From: a virus
Taxonomy: Duplodnaviria; Caudoviricetes
DNA: 62,354 nucleotides
IMG/VR virus record: IMGVR_UViG_3300042868_011200
Location: 1-62,354 of that record
Strand: one strand, 5' to 3'
Shown: positions 41,321 through 51,355 of the stretch, one piece after another
Position numbering within the stretch: the first letter of the stretch is position 1
How the letters are laid out: each line of letters begins with the position of its first letter
Notes under the pieces: model-generated
Seen by the model: the letters and a program-made list of their open reading frames with translations, nothing else
What the model was told of the DNA's origin: nothing
The model's database searches: none
Program-made: the position numbers and the translations under genes

Positions 41321-44300
41321 GCAAGTATATATGTCCTCCACAAAGTCCTAGCGGAGCTGGAACATTTTCAGACGCTTTGGTCGGCCTTCAGACAACTCAA
41401 GGAGGAGGACTCACCCTTGCTAATTTTGCATTTACAAATAAGATAACAGAAAAAGTTAATAGAAATTTTGATACTGGTGTTTTTTCAGACCCAATAACTT
41501 TATCTGATTTAAATATTACGTCAACGGCTCAGGCTCAAAAAATATATGACGTTAATTTTAAAGTTTATCCTAATTTTGATGAAACTAATATTTTAAATTT
41601 TGTTGCATACGGTCCATTAAATAAAAGATTTTCATCTGCGGTTATTAATATTATAAATTATTTCCCAGCAGCATTAGAAGTATCATCAATAAGAAATGAC
41701 TTTACCAACGGGACAACCGCAACAAATATTTCATATAATGAGGAAGAAGATATTACAAATTTCTCAGTAGACGCATCAGTCCTAAGAAATCCATTTTCTA
41801 TCAATTTTACAAAAAACTCAACCCAAATTTTAAAATCTTTAGAATTTGAGGTTTCAAAATATAGAAATCTAACTGTTTATTTTACTGATTATATTTTAAA
41901 AACAACAGGAGGTACGTTTGGTGTTGTAAATTTAACTGCAACTACATCAACATCGGCAGGAACCCTATCATTCTCAGTACTTGGAAATCCATTTGGAACA
42001 GGTGTGACAGAAACATATGAAGATATAGTAATAAGACCTAATGATTATGTGGTTAATGAAGTTTTTAATTTAGAACTTGATGAAGTTGAAGAGTTATTAT
42101 TAAACAGATATAGTTATCCAATTTATACTTCTAAATTTAAAATTCTGAAAGAATCGGATGACGGTAGTCAATTTATACAACCACAAAGTATAACATGGCC
42201 TTTAAATGGTTCATGGAACATTGATATACAAACACCGGCTTTTACATACTACTTAAAACAATTAGATACTATTGGACAAAGTTTAGACGAGTACCAAACA
42301 GATATCCTCAATAGATTCTATACGACCGATTCACTCAAAGAGTTTGATACCCCCGACCAAAAAGTACAAAAAACATTAAAATTATACGGAAGGAGTTTTG
42401 ATGAAACAAAAAAATATATTGACTCAATATCACATATGGTTTCAGTCAATTATATTGTTGGAGACGACATTCCCGATAAATTACTACCTAATTTAGCTCA
42501 AACATTAGGATGGTCAACTAATATCTCACCGATACAAAACAATAGTTTTTTTAGTACAATATATGAAACTATTGATAGTGAATTTCCTGGACAAGCAACT
42601 TCGCCAACTTTAGACGAACTCCAAAATCAATATTATAGAAGTTTGATTTTAAATTCAGGTTATTTGTTTAGGTCTAAAGGTACTAGAAAGGCAATAGAGT
42701 TTTTATTAAATTTTATTGGAGCTCCCGAAGCTTTAATTGATTTCAATGAATATATTTATTTGGCAGATGATAAGATACCACTAACAAGATTTAATGAATT
42801 TTATAGTACAATTTTAGGGGGAACCTATAGACCACAAGTAGTTGTTTATGACCCTTTAAACATTTATAAATTTAACGGAGTTCAATATACTGCTTTTACA
42901 ACATCAACATCAATTCAAGATGTGACATTAACAATAAATGATTTTCCAATTGATTCTGATGGGTATCCAAAAATGATAACTGAATCCGATAGTTTCTTTT
43001 TCCAAAAAGGAGCCGGTTGGTTTGAATCTACCCCACAACATAGAAGTCCTGAAATAATTGACACCAATTTAAGTACATTTACTGGACAAAATATAGATGT
43101 ACAGACCGCTTTAGAACCATTCACTTATGGTGAAAAATATCTTGATAGATATAGAAATTTCCCATATTTGGGAATTGGTTTTGAATTATTAAAAACAATT
43201 GATAACAAAAAATCTTGGTCAGATGAACAATTAGGACTTAGAAAAAATGCCGATGGTAATTTTGATGCCTATTATGAAGTTAGCAATGACAAATTAGTTT
43301 TAAATGTTAAAAATGTTGATTTATTTTTAAATCCAGGACAAGCTTTAGTATACGATGTTTGGTATTTGTCTAACACTAAAAGTTATCCAATTCCAATTAC
43401 AGGACTTTCTTCACCTTACCCTCAAACTGGAGGAACAGACTGGACAGTTATTAGTCCAAAACCACAACAAAAAGATTTCTTTGAATTTAAAGAAACTTTT
43501 TGGAAAAACATGATTAATGTAAGAAATAGACAACAATCATCCGATGGTAAAACTAGCGGATACCCAACACTACAATCTATATTTTGGAAGTACTTAACCA
43601 TGTACCAAGATACTGGAATTCAAAATGATGGATTTACTTATGGTAAAATGATTGAATATATTAATGGTATTGGTGATTATTGGATTCGTTTAGTGGAACA
43701 ATTTGTACCCGCGACCACAATATGGAATACGGGAACAAGAATTGAGAATTCAATTTTCCACAGACAAAAATTTGTATATAGACCCCAAAGAGGATGTTTG
43801 ACAGTACAAATACCTATAGAAGGACCTTCAGGTGGGGGTAGTGTTGATAGTAGTGATTGTAATGGAAGTAAAGTTTCAATCTTAGTACCATTAAGAGGAA
43901 CTGATTTATTAGCTGAAATACAAAGAATTGAACGTGAATTTGATTGTACACAACCTGGTGATTTATTACCTGTCTTTGGGGGAACAGTTAAAGAGATTAG
44001 TTATTGTTTTGATTTAACTATAACAAGAAATAACCCTCCAATAGGACTTACATCAGTATATACAACTCAAATTTTTTGTACACCTACTTCTTTTACTCTA
44101 CCTAATATAATACCAACAACTGATAGATGGCAAGATTTTATTACACAAGGAGTTAATTACCTGTCAGTTGATTTAGCCCAACAAGGATTATCAATTTTAT
44201 ATGACCCTGAAAATGATATTATCTTTATAACTAGTGAAGTTTGTGATGATTTAACAAGAATTGATTTTAATTTAACGATAAAAGTTATAAAAATTGATTG

Positions 44301-44346
44301 TTCTGGACGCTCAAAAGGCGGAGGAACAAAAGGAGGAGGTAAATAA
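41317..44346 (+). CDS. Baseplate wedge protein gp7/P2 gpI-like
   Basis: IPDKLLPNLAQTLGW and YLFRSKGTRKAIEFLLNFIG resemble the gpI-type signature; C-terminal FVPATT. Confidence 0.65.
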   Translation: MSKYICPPQSPSGAGTFSDALVGLQTTQGGGLTLANFAFTNKITEKVNRNFDTGVFSDPITLSDLNITSTAQAQKIYDVNFKVYPNFDETNILNFVAYGPLNKRFSSAVINIINYFPAALEVSSIRNDFTNGTTATNISYNEEEDITNFSVDASVLRNPFSINFTKNSTQILKSLEFEVSKYRNLTVYFTDYILKTTGGTFGVVNLTATTSTSAGTLSFSVLGNPFGTGVTETYEDIVIRPNDYVVNEVFNLELDEVEELLLNRYSYPIYTSKFKILKESDDGSQFIQPQSITWPLNGSWNIDIQTPAFTYYLKQLDTIGQSLDEYQTDILNRFYTTDSLKEFDTPDQKVQKTLKLYGRSFDETKKYIDSISHMVSVNYIVGDDIPDKLLPNLAQTLGWSTNISPIQNNSFFSTIYETIDSEFPGQATSPTLDELQNQYYRSLILNSGYLFRSKGTRKAIEFLLNFIGAPEALIDFNEYIYLADDKIPLTRFNEFYSTILGGTYRPQVVVYDPLNIYKFNGVQYTAFTTSTSIQDVTLTINDFPIDSDGYPKMITESDSFFFQKGAGWFESTPQHRSPEIIDTNLSTFTGQNIDVQTALEPFTYGEKYLDRYRNFPYLGIGFELLKTIDNKKSWSDEQLGLRKNADGNFDAYYEVSNDKLVLNVKNVDLFLNPGQALVYDVWYLSNTKSYPIPITGLSSPYPQTGGTDWTVISPKPQQKDFFEFKETFWKNMINVRNRQQSSDGKTSGYPTLQSIFWKYLTMYQDTGIQNDGFTYGKMIEYINGIGDYWIRLVEQFVPATTIWNTGTRIENSIFHRQKFVYRPQRGCLTVQIPIEGPSGGGSVDSSDCNGSKVSILVPLRGTDLLAEIQRIEREFDCTQPGDLLPVFGGTVKEISYCFDLTITRNNPPIGLTSVYTTQIFCTPTSFTLPNIIPTTDRWQDFITQGVNYLSVDLAQQGLSILYDPENDIIFITSEVCDDLTRIDFNLTIKVIKIDCSGRSKGGGTKGGGK

Positions 44347-46511
44347 TGGCATTAATAAATTATAATATTTTTTTAACAGGGGATTGCCAAAACAACGGTA
44401 ATGGTACTTTTTTATTATCGACTAACGGAGTTTCACCACCGATAAGTATAAATTGGTTAAACCCTATTTCAGGTAATTCATTTAGTTCTCAAACAATAGT
44501 AAATGGAATATATTATGTAACAGGATTAAGTGCTAGTAGTTATAGTTTTTATTTGAGTGACGCCCTTAATAACTCTACAAATGAAATTCCTTTTGTAATT
44601 ACTTCTTCTTGTACTATTAATATTGGACTAATACAGAATACAACTTGTGGAGGAAATAACGGAGCAATTTCTGCGACTACAGATACTAATTATGGATTGA
44701 ATACAATACAACTATTTAAAGATTCTGTATTGTATAGGACAACTACAACAACTACAAATGGCGCCAATTTCTTTAATTTACCACCAGGAGTTTATAGTGC
44801 TAAAGTTACTGACGTTGGTGGGTGTATTGGGTTTAGTAATAATGTAATTATAAATAATTCAACTAATTTAGATTTTGGATATTATGTTGTTGATAGCCCA
44901 CAATGTTATGCAAACTCAGGTAGAATAATTATAACAGGAGTAACTGGTACACCTCCATATACTTACCAATGGTCAAATTTACCTTATTTAAATTTTACAG
45001 ATAGTGCAACTGGACTTACTTCAGGTGGTTATGGTATTACAATAACTGATTTTTATGGATGTTCTACTACAAAAGCCGCTGCGGTTAATGTTGGTAAGCA
45101 ATTATCTTTAGTTAATTTTACTCAAAATACCCCAACTTGTTTTAATGCTGACGGCTCGGTAACATTTATAATAAGCGGAGGAACTCCACCATACTCATAT
45201 AATCTTAATACTGGAGACCAACAAATATTATTATCTAATACTGTAACATTTAGTGAACTTACGTCAGGTAATTATACGTTAAGTGTTACTGATTTAGGTC
45301 TTTGTAGATTTAATCAAGATTTTACTTTGACGGCTAATAGAAGTTTCACCGTATTACAGACACAAATAGTTAATGCTTCTTGTCAAGAATTGGGTAAAAT
45401 TTTTATCTCAGTCCAAGGGGGATTCCCACCTTATTATTATAAATTAGTTTCTTCAGGAAGTCCTGAAATTAGACAGACATCTATTTTGAATAGTACTTCA
45501 TATTCAAATTTAGAGGCTGGACTTTATACGTTAATGATTGAAGATTCTATAGGTTCATGTGTTTATGAAGAACAGATTACTATCTTAACAACATCTAACT
45601 TTACTTTATCCTTAACACCACAGGATACCACTTGTGGGAATCCAAACGGTTCAATTACTGCTAATGTTATAACTGATAGTACAGGTCTTACATTTACATA
45701 TCAATTATCTAATGGGGACCAATCCGCACCTACTACGGCAACAACTTATACTTTTTCAAATCTACCATCAGGTCCGTATAGTTTATCTGTGACAGATAGT
45801 GATTCGTGTAATGCGTCTGAATATGCATTTATTAATACGTCTACACCGTACTCTGTGATTTTAACCCCAACATCCGCATTTAACGGGAGTGGAGGTACAA
45901 TTTCGGCAATGATAAAAGAAACTTCAGGACCTTTTAATTTGACATGGAGTAATAATGTAAATGGGCAAACAGGGTATTATTTGACAGGATTAACCGCTGG
46001 TACATATAGTTTAACAGTTAGTGGAACTAATGGATGTCAACAGTTTGTTACCGCAAATGTTGGTAATATAATTAGTAGTTCGACAACAGTGACTTATATT
46101 TACTCAAGTGGGTCTTCAGTTCGTACTGATAGTACAAGTTTTTCATTACAAAGTATGATGTATTCGGGGTACACTAATTTAACTCAAAATGCCCAAAATT
46201 GTGTTTTAAGTTCTGCAACATTTAGCTTAAGGGTTACAATAGATACTGACGAATATGTATTTCCATTTTATAGTACTAAATCTTTTAGTCGAATACCGAC
46301 TTTAGATTATTTCGCACCAATACTTGAAAATGCGGTACTATCTATTCCATATATTGAGACTTGTACAGTAAATGCGACAAATAACACCATTTCAGTAACT
46401 TCACAAGTCATTAATGGTGTGCAATATTATAAAGATGATACAATTACGTTTGATATTTTAATATATTATAATGTGAAATGTCTCTCAATAAACGATATTA
46501 CATGTCCTTAA
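44346..46511 (+). CDS. SprB-repeat-containing putative virion/fibre protein
   Basis: Repeated C...G.I.....GGTPPY.Y.W...L..G.Y...VTD..GC units. Confidence 0.7.
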   Translation: MALINYNIFLTGDCQNNGNGTFLLSTNGVSPPISINWLNPISGNSFSSQTIVNGIYYVTGLSASSYSFYLSDALNNSTNEIPFVITSSCTINIGLIQNTTCGGNNGAISATTDTNYGLNTIQLFKDSVLYRTTTTTTNGANFFNLPPGVYSAKVTDVGGCIGFSNNVIINNSTNLDFGYYVVDSPQCYANSGRIIITGVTGTPPYTYQWSNLPYLNFTDSATGLTSGGYGITITDFYGCSTTKAAAVNVGKQLSLVNFTQNTPTCFNADGSVTFIISGGTPPYSYNLNTGDQQILLSNTVTFSELTSGNYTLSVTDLGLCRFNQDFTLTANRSFTVLQTQIVNASCQELGKIFISVQGGFPPYYYKLVSSGSPEIRQTSILNSTSYSNLEAGLYTLMIEDSIGSCVYEEQITILTTSNFTLSLTPQDTTCGNPNGSITANVITDSTGLTFTYQLSNGDQSAPTTATTYTFSNLPSGPYSLSVTDSDSCNASEYAFINTSTPYSVILTPTSAFNGSGGTISAMIKETSGPFNLTWSNNVNGQTGYYLTGLTAGTYSLTVSGTNGCQQFVTANVGNIISSSTTVTYIYSSGSSVRTDSTSFSLQSMMYSGYTNLTQNAQNCVLSSATFSLRVTIDTDEYVFPFYSTKSFSRIPTLDYFAPILENAVLSIPYIETCTVNATNNTISVTSQVINGVQYYKDDTITFDILIYYNVKCLSINDITCP

Positions 46512-46517
46512 TATTAG

Positions 46518-47495
46518 ATGCCGTCAATATCAATAAATTCAATAAATGGAGTACCACCTTATCAGGTATATTTTTGTGATATTAATCAAATAACATGTGT
46601 TACGGCAACAACTATTAATACGACCGTACCACCTAATGTAGTTTTAACTATACCACCACCATATGATATTTTACCCGAAGTCTTAATAAAGATTATAGAT
46701 GTTACAGGATGTCAATTTACCCAAGTCTATACTTGTGTTACACCAACCCCAACACCATCAATTACACCAACTAATACGCCAACACCATCTATAACTCCAA
46801 CTAATACGCCAACACCATCTATAACACCATCAATTACACCAACTCCAGGCACACCAACCCCAACACCTACGGTTACTCCAACAACCACTGTAACACCAAC
46901 TGTTACAAGAACTCCAAACCCAACACCACCTCCAAGACCACTTAAAGCTCTTTTATTTATAGAACCGTATTCAGGTTCTAATGATATTGGTGAATACATG
47001 TTTAATCTTGGACACACATTTTATGGGTTTAGTAATGGAACACAACCAAGTCCTACTTTAACTGCATTTACTGGCGAAATGAGAAGCTATGTTGAATTTA
47101 GTGGATGGACAACTGGAAATTTCCCAAGAATTATTGAAGTTGATGTACCACAAGTTGATGGTGGAGTTGATAGTTTTGGTAATCCCGTTTACAAATATAA
47201 TTTTATTACAAATGTAATATCTGCAAATACTATCGGAGGACAGGCTTGGTATACGTGGTTAATTCCAACAGGATTAACAAATAACTTAATCCAAACAGAA
47301 ATCGAATTAAGTTTAGATAATCCTAATTTATTTGTAACCAATAAAACAGAACCTACTATCTATCAAAATGTGTTTCCGTATTTTGGTGGATATATTTCTC
47401 CAGGATATTATAGAGTTTATACAACATTTCCGTCACTTAATTTTCAATTATTTGATAATCAAAATATATACTTTAAAGGGGGAACAGTAGAGTAA
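46518..47495 (+). CDS. Putative virion protein with Pro/Thr linker
   Basis: Small N-terminal beta domain, TPTP repeats, C-terminal globular domain. Confidence 0.6.
   Translation: MPSISINSINGVPPYQVYFCDINQITCVTATTINTTVPPNVVLTIPPPYDILPEVLIKIIDVTGCQFTQVYTCVTPTPTPSITPTNTPTPSITPTNTPTPSITPSITPTPGTPTPTPTVTPTTTVTPTVTRTPNPTPPPRPLKALLFIEPYSGSNDIGEYMFNLGHTFYGFSNGTQPSPTLTAFTGEMRSYVEFSGWTTGNFPRIIEVDVPQVDGGVDSFGNPVYKYNFITNVISANTIGGQAWYTWLIPTGLTNNLIQTEIELSLDNPNLFVTNKTEPTIYQNVFPYFGGYISPGYYRVYTTFPSLNFQLFDNQNIYFKGGTVE
46740..46935 (+). repeat. Pro/Thr-coding imperfect tandem repeats
   Basis: TPTPSITPTN units with ACACCA-rich DNA. Confidence 0.8.
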
Positions 47496-47496
47496 A

Positions 47497-50400
47497 ATGG
47501 CATTTCCGTATAAAAATCCAATATCACCAATACAAGTTTTAGGACCACAGTCCGTTAACCGAGATGTGGTGTTTGGTACTCATTTTAGTACAAATGGGAC
47601 CGGTGGTTATATGGAGGTTTTCTCAATTAGCGGATTAACATATGAAATTCCTTCAGGTCAAACAGGTTCAATAGAATATTCAGGTAATACAATTCCAATT
47701 AATTTTATAAAAGGAAATGGAGCAGCATATTCTCCTAATGTATTAATTTTAAATTCTGACAACATTTCTTCAGGTAGAAGAAAACTTGGAATGCTTGTAT
47801 ATGTTTATGAGTTTGACCAAGTATACCAATATGATATACCAAATTACGAACAATTATGGACGGCAGCAACTGCATCAACAAATTGTGTGGTTATAAATGA
47901 ATTTGGAACAACTGTAAGAAATAACACTATACAAGGTCAAGATTTTATTAATGCTTGGACCGCATCAACAATTGAAGGTATTAATGGTGTTGTTAGAGCA
48001 AATGCAAGATGGAAAAAATATTGGGGTAATAATTTATCACTAACTGGAGGTTCATATAATGGTATTACTAATACTTTAACTCTTGTTAATATAACAGGAG
48101 GAACAGTTAATATTACAGGTTTTAGTGGAGGTGGTGGAGGAGGAGGAGATGGTATCACAGGAGGTACATTTAACTTATCTAATGGTGATTTAACTTTATC
48201 ATCGTCCGCTGGCACTATAACTGTATCCGGATTTTTGTATGGTTCAGGTACTACTAACACACTTCCAAAATATGTTACATCTTCAGGTTTTACCAATAGT
48301 CAAATAACCGACGATGGGTCTAATGTGACGATAGGTGGTAATTTAACAACGATAAGTGCGGATTTATTAGTTAATCAGGGTGTTACTGCAACAACAATAT
48401 CCGCAACAACATATTTTAATCTACCTATAAGTACGGTTACTGGTAGTACAGGAATATCCGCAACAACAAGTAATGGTACGGTAACAATAACAAATACCGC
48501 TCCTGACCAAACCGTAACTATAACCGGAGGTACCAATATACAAATTGTTGGTGCTTATCCAAATTTTGGAGTTAACTTTACAGGTTCTACAACAGGTGGT
48601 TCGGTATCAGGAGCGTACCTACCGTTAAGTGGGGGAACCGTTACGGGTAATACAATATTTACAAGTGGATTAACCGTTAGTTATATTGATTTTGACACAA
48701 CTCCAAATGTACCATCACCAACAGGAGGAACCTTATATTTTGACTCGACTGAAAACGCTTTATCTTATAAACCAATTACACCAAGTAATGATGTCACGGT
48801 AAATTTAGGACAAGAAACTTTAGTTAGAATTTATAATGATTTAGGTTTTCAAATTAATAACGGACAAGCTCTTCACATTACAGGGGCAACATCAGGTTCA
48901 CCAACAGTTTCTTTGGCGATTGGTACAGGAGGTGATTCAGTGCAATTTCAAATATCAGGTATCGCAACTCACGATATTCCAGATTCTTCGTTTGGATTTA
49001 TGACGGATTTTGGTGTTGTTAGAGATTTAAATTTAACAGGGTTTACGGTTGGGGAGCAAATTTATTTATCTCAGACAGTTCCGGGTGGTTTTTCATCTTA
49101 TTCGGGTCTTTCTTTTACAGGTAGAACATGCGAAGTTGGACACATTTTAGATAATTCGGCTTCAGGAAAAATACAAGTAGCAATATTAAATGAGATTGAA
49201 GGTACTATTATTACAACTCAAGAAAACAATATACTTGCTGCAAACAACAGCTCAACAGGTCTTTTCGAATTTAGTGGATTATCAATTAGCACCCCATCTG
49301 GAACAACATTTAATGTAGCACCTGTACAGGGTTGGATTATTGATAATGTAACCGAACCTGCGAATCCAACAATCCAACTTATTATATATCCTGGTTCAAC
49401 AGGAAATACCGCTTTATATGTTTCATCGGCAACAGAAACATACATTTTACTTACAAGTGGGTTAACAATTACCCAACAAACAACATTCCCAACACCACAA
49501 CAAAGAAGACAAAATTTATATCTTGGAAAATTCGGTCATGCAAACAGACAATATTTGATAAATGCATTTAATGAACCTGACTCGTCTTTATCTCCAGTTT
49601 CTCAATTAAGAGATATGTTTACCCCAATTAAATTAATTAATGAAGGAGTAATTGTATCGGCAAATGGAGTAAACTTAAATTTTAATACATCAGCTGGTGT
49701 TCTATACGGACTTGGACTTGGATATATTACAAATAAATTAAACCCAAATAGTTTATCAATATCAGGAACTAGCCCTTGTACATTCCAATACAGGACACAA
49801 ACAGGTGGAACCGCATCAAATACAACTTTAATTGACCCTACAGTCTATGATAACAATGGTGTAGTAACGGCTGTCGGGGGTGGTTCAAATACATCCACCA
49901 ATCAAAGAATATATTTAGTTCAGAATGGTCAATTTAGAATACAATATGGACAGCAAGAATATGGTAATTTAGCAGCGGCAATTGAAGCATCTCAAAATGA
50001 GGCATTCACAACATTTAGTAATTTTAGAGATAATGCAATATTAATTGGTATTTTATCTGTCAATAAAAATGCAACCAATTTATCTGATACAACACAAGCA
50101 AGATTCTTACTTACATCAAAGTTTGGAGAGACGGTAGGTGCTGCTGGAGGTATATCAACAACAAATCTCCAACAGGCTTATAATAATTCATCAACACCTG
50201 AAATAGTAACTAATTCGGCAGAAGGAGCATTATCTATTCAAAATGGGACGGGTGCCGCTGATAATGTAACAAATTTATTTGAGGGTAGAAATACCGCAGC
50301 ATCACTCACATCATTTATAAGGGCTGACGGAGCATTCTCGGGAACATCAATATTTGGAACGGGTTTAACTGCAACAACGGTATCCGCAACTACTTACCTT

Positions 50401-51096
50401 AATTTACCGTCAGCGACATTTACAGGAGGAACTGTTACTGGACCAACTAATTTTACAAACGGATTAACCGCCAATACAATATCCGCAACAACATATGAAA
50501 ATTTACCTTCGTTTAATTATGTTCAAATAACAGGAACAACACAGTTTTCTGCGGGGACAAATAATAATTTAAATTTTAGTGGTATTAATATGACCATTAC
50601 AAGTGGTTCTAATAATACATTAATATTCTCAGCCGGAACTGGAGGAGGTGGTGGTGGAGGAGTAACAAGTATAACAACAGGAGCTGGGTTATCTGCAAAT
50701 TCAACAACAGGAGCAATAACAATACAAGCAACCGCAACAACTACATTTGGAGTATCTGTGGATGGTTCAGGAGGTGTTATCACAACAGGTCAAAAAGGTT
50801 ATGTTAGAATACCATATAATTTTACAATAACTTCTTGGACCTTAATAGGGTTTCCTTCAGGGTCAATAACTTTTGATATTTGGAGAGTAAATAACGCCAT
50901 ACCGACTGTTGCCAATACAATAATTGGTGTAGGAGGAATAAAACCGAGTTTAACATCATCAACTTATGCAACAAGTTCTACACTTACAAACTGGACAGCA
51001 ACTGGTTTAACAGGAGATGTTATTGGATGGAATGTTGACTCCGCAACAACTACAACAACTGCAACTTTACAATTATTTGTAACTAAAACTTCATAA
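47497..51096 (+). CDS. Tail fibre-like protein
   Basis: YLPLSGGTVTG fibre motif, Gly hinges, three TATTISATTY.NLP-type repeats. Confidence 0.7.
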   Translation: MAFPYKNPISPIQVLGPQSVNRDVVFGTHFSTNGTGGYMEVFSISGLTYEIPSGQTGSIEYSGNTIPINFIKGNGAAYSPNVLILNSDNISSGRRKLGMLVYVYEFDQVYQYDIPNYEQLWTAATASTNCVVINEFGTTVRNNTIQGQDFINAWTASTIEGINGVVRANARWKKYWGNNLSLTGGSYNGITNTLTLVNITGGTVNITGFSGGGGGGGDGITGGTFNLSNGDLTLSSSAGTITVSGFLYGSGTTNTLPKYVTSSGFTNSQITDDGSNVTIGGNLTTISADLLVNQGVTATTISATTYFNLPISTVTGSTGISATTSNGTVTITNTAPDQTVTITGGTNIQIVGAYPNFGVNFTGSTTGGSVSGAYLPLSGGTVTGNTIFTSGLTVSYIDFDTTPNVPSPTGGTLYFDSTENALSYKPITPSNDVTVNLGQETLVRIYNDLGFQINNGQALHITGATSGSPTVSLAIGTGGDSVQFQISGIATHDIPDSSFGFMTDFGVVRDLNLTGFTVGEQIYLSQTVPGGFSSYSGLSFTGRTCEVGHILDNSASGKIQVAILNEIEGTIITTQENNILAANNSSTGLFEFSGLSISTPSGTTFNVAPVQGWIIDNVTEPANPTIQLIIYPGSTGNTALYVSSATETYILLTSGLTITQQTTFPTPQQRRQNLYLGKFGHANRQYLINAFNEPDSSLSPVSQLRDMFTPIKLINEGVIVSANGVNLNFNTSAGVLYGLGLGYITNKLNPNSLSISGTSPCTFQYRTQTGGTASNTTLIDPTVYDNNGVVTAVGGGSNTSTNQRIYLVQNGQFRIQYGQQEYGNLAAAIEASQNEAFTTFSNFRDNAILIGILSVNKNATNLSDTTQARFLLTSKFGETVGAAGGISTTNLQQAYNNSSTPEIVTNSAEGALSIQNGTGAADNVTNLFEGRNTAASLTSFIRADGAFSGTSIFGTGLTATTVSATTYLNLPSATFTGGTVTGPTNFTNGLTANTISATTYENLPSFNYVQITGTTQFSAGTNNNLNFSGINMTITSGSNNTLIFSAGTGGGGGGGVTSITTGAGLSANSTTGAITIQATATTTFGVSVDGSGGVITTGQKGYVRIPYNFTITSWTLIGFPSGSITFDIWRVNNAIPTVANTIIGVGGIKPSLTSSTYATSSTLTNWTATGLTGDVIGWNVDSATTTTTATLQLFVTKTS

Positions 51097-51116
51097 AATT
51101 TAAATAATTTAATAAA

Positions 51117-51353
51117 ATGGCATTTACTACAACACTATTAGAAAAATATAGAGATGACGATACATTAGTCACAAAAATTCAGTACGATTTTTATGATAGC
51201 GTTACAGGAACTACAATAGTTAATGTACGTCACTTTAGACCTTCGGGAGAACAACACGTTTTGGATAATATCAACGATAGAGGTTTATCCGAAGAATTAA
51301 AATTAATTGCTCAAAAATCTATTGACGATTTATTACCAAACATTAATGTTTAA
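51117..51353 (+). CDS. Small hypothetical protein (possible fibre chaperone)
   Basis: 78 aa between fibre genes; function inferred from position only. Confidence 0.55.
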   Translation: MAFTTTLLEKYRDDDTLVTKIQYDFYDSVTGTTIVNVRHFRPSGEQHVLDNINDRGLSEELKLIAQKSIDDLLPNINV

Positions 51354-51355
51354 TT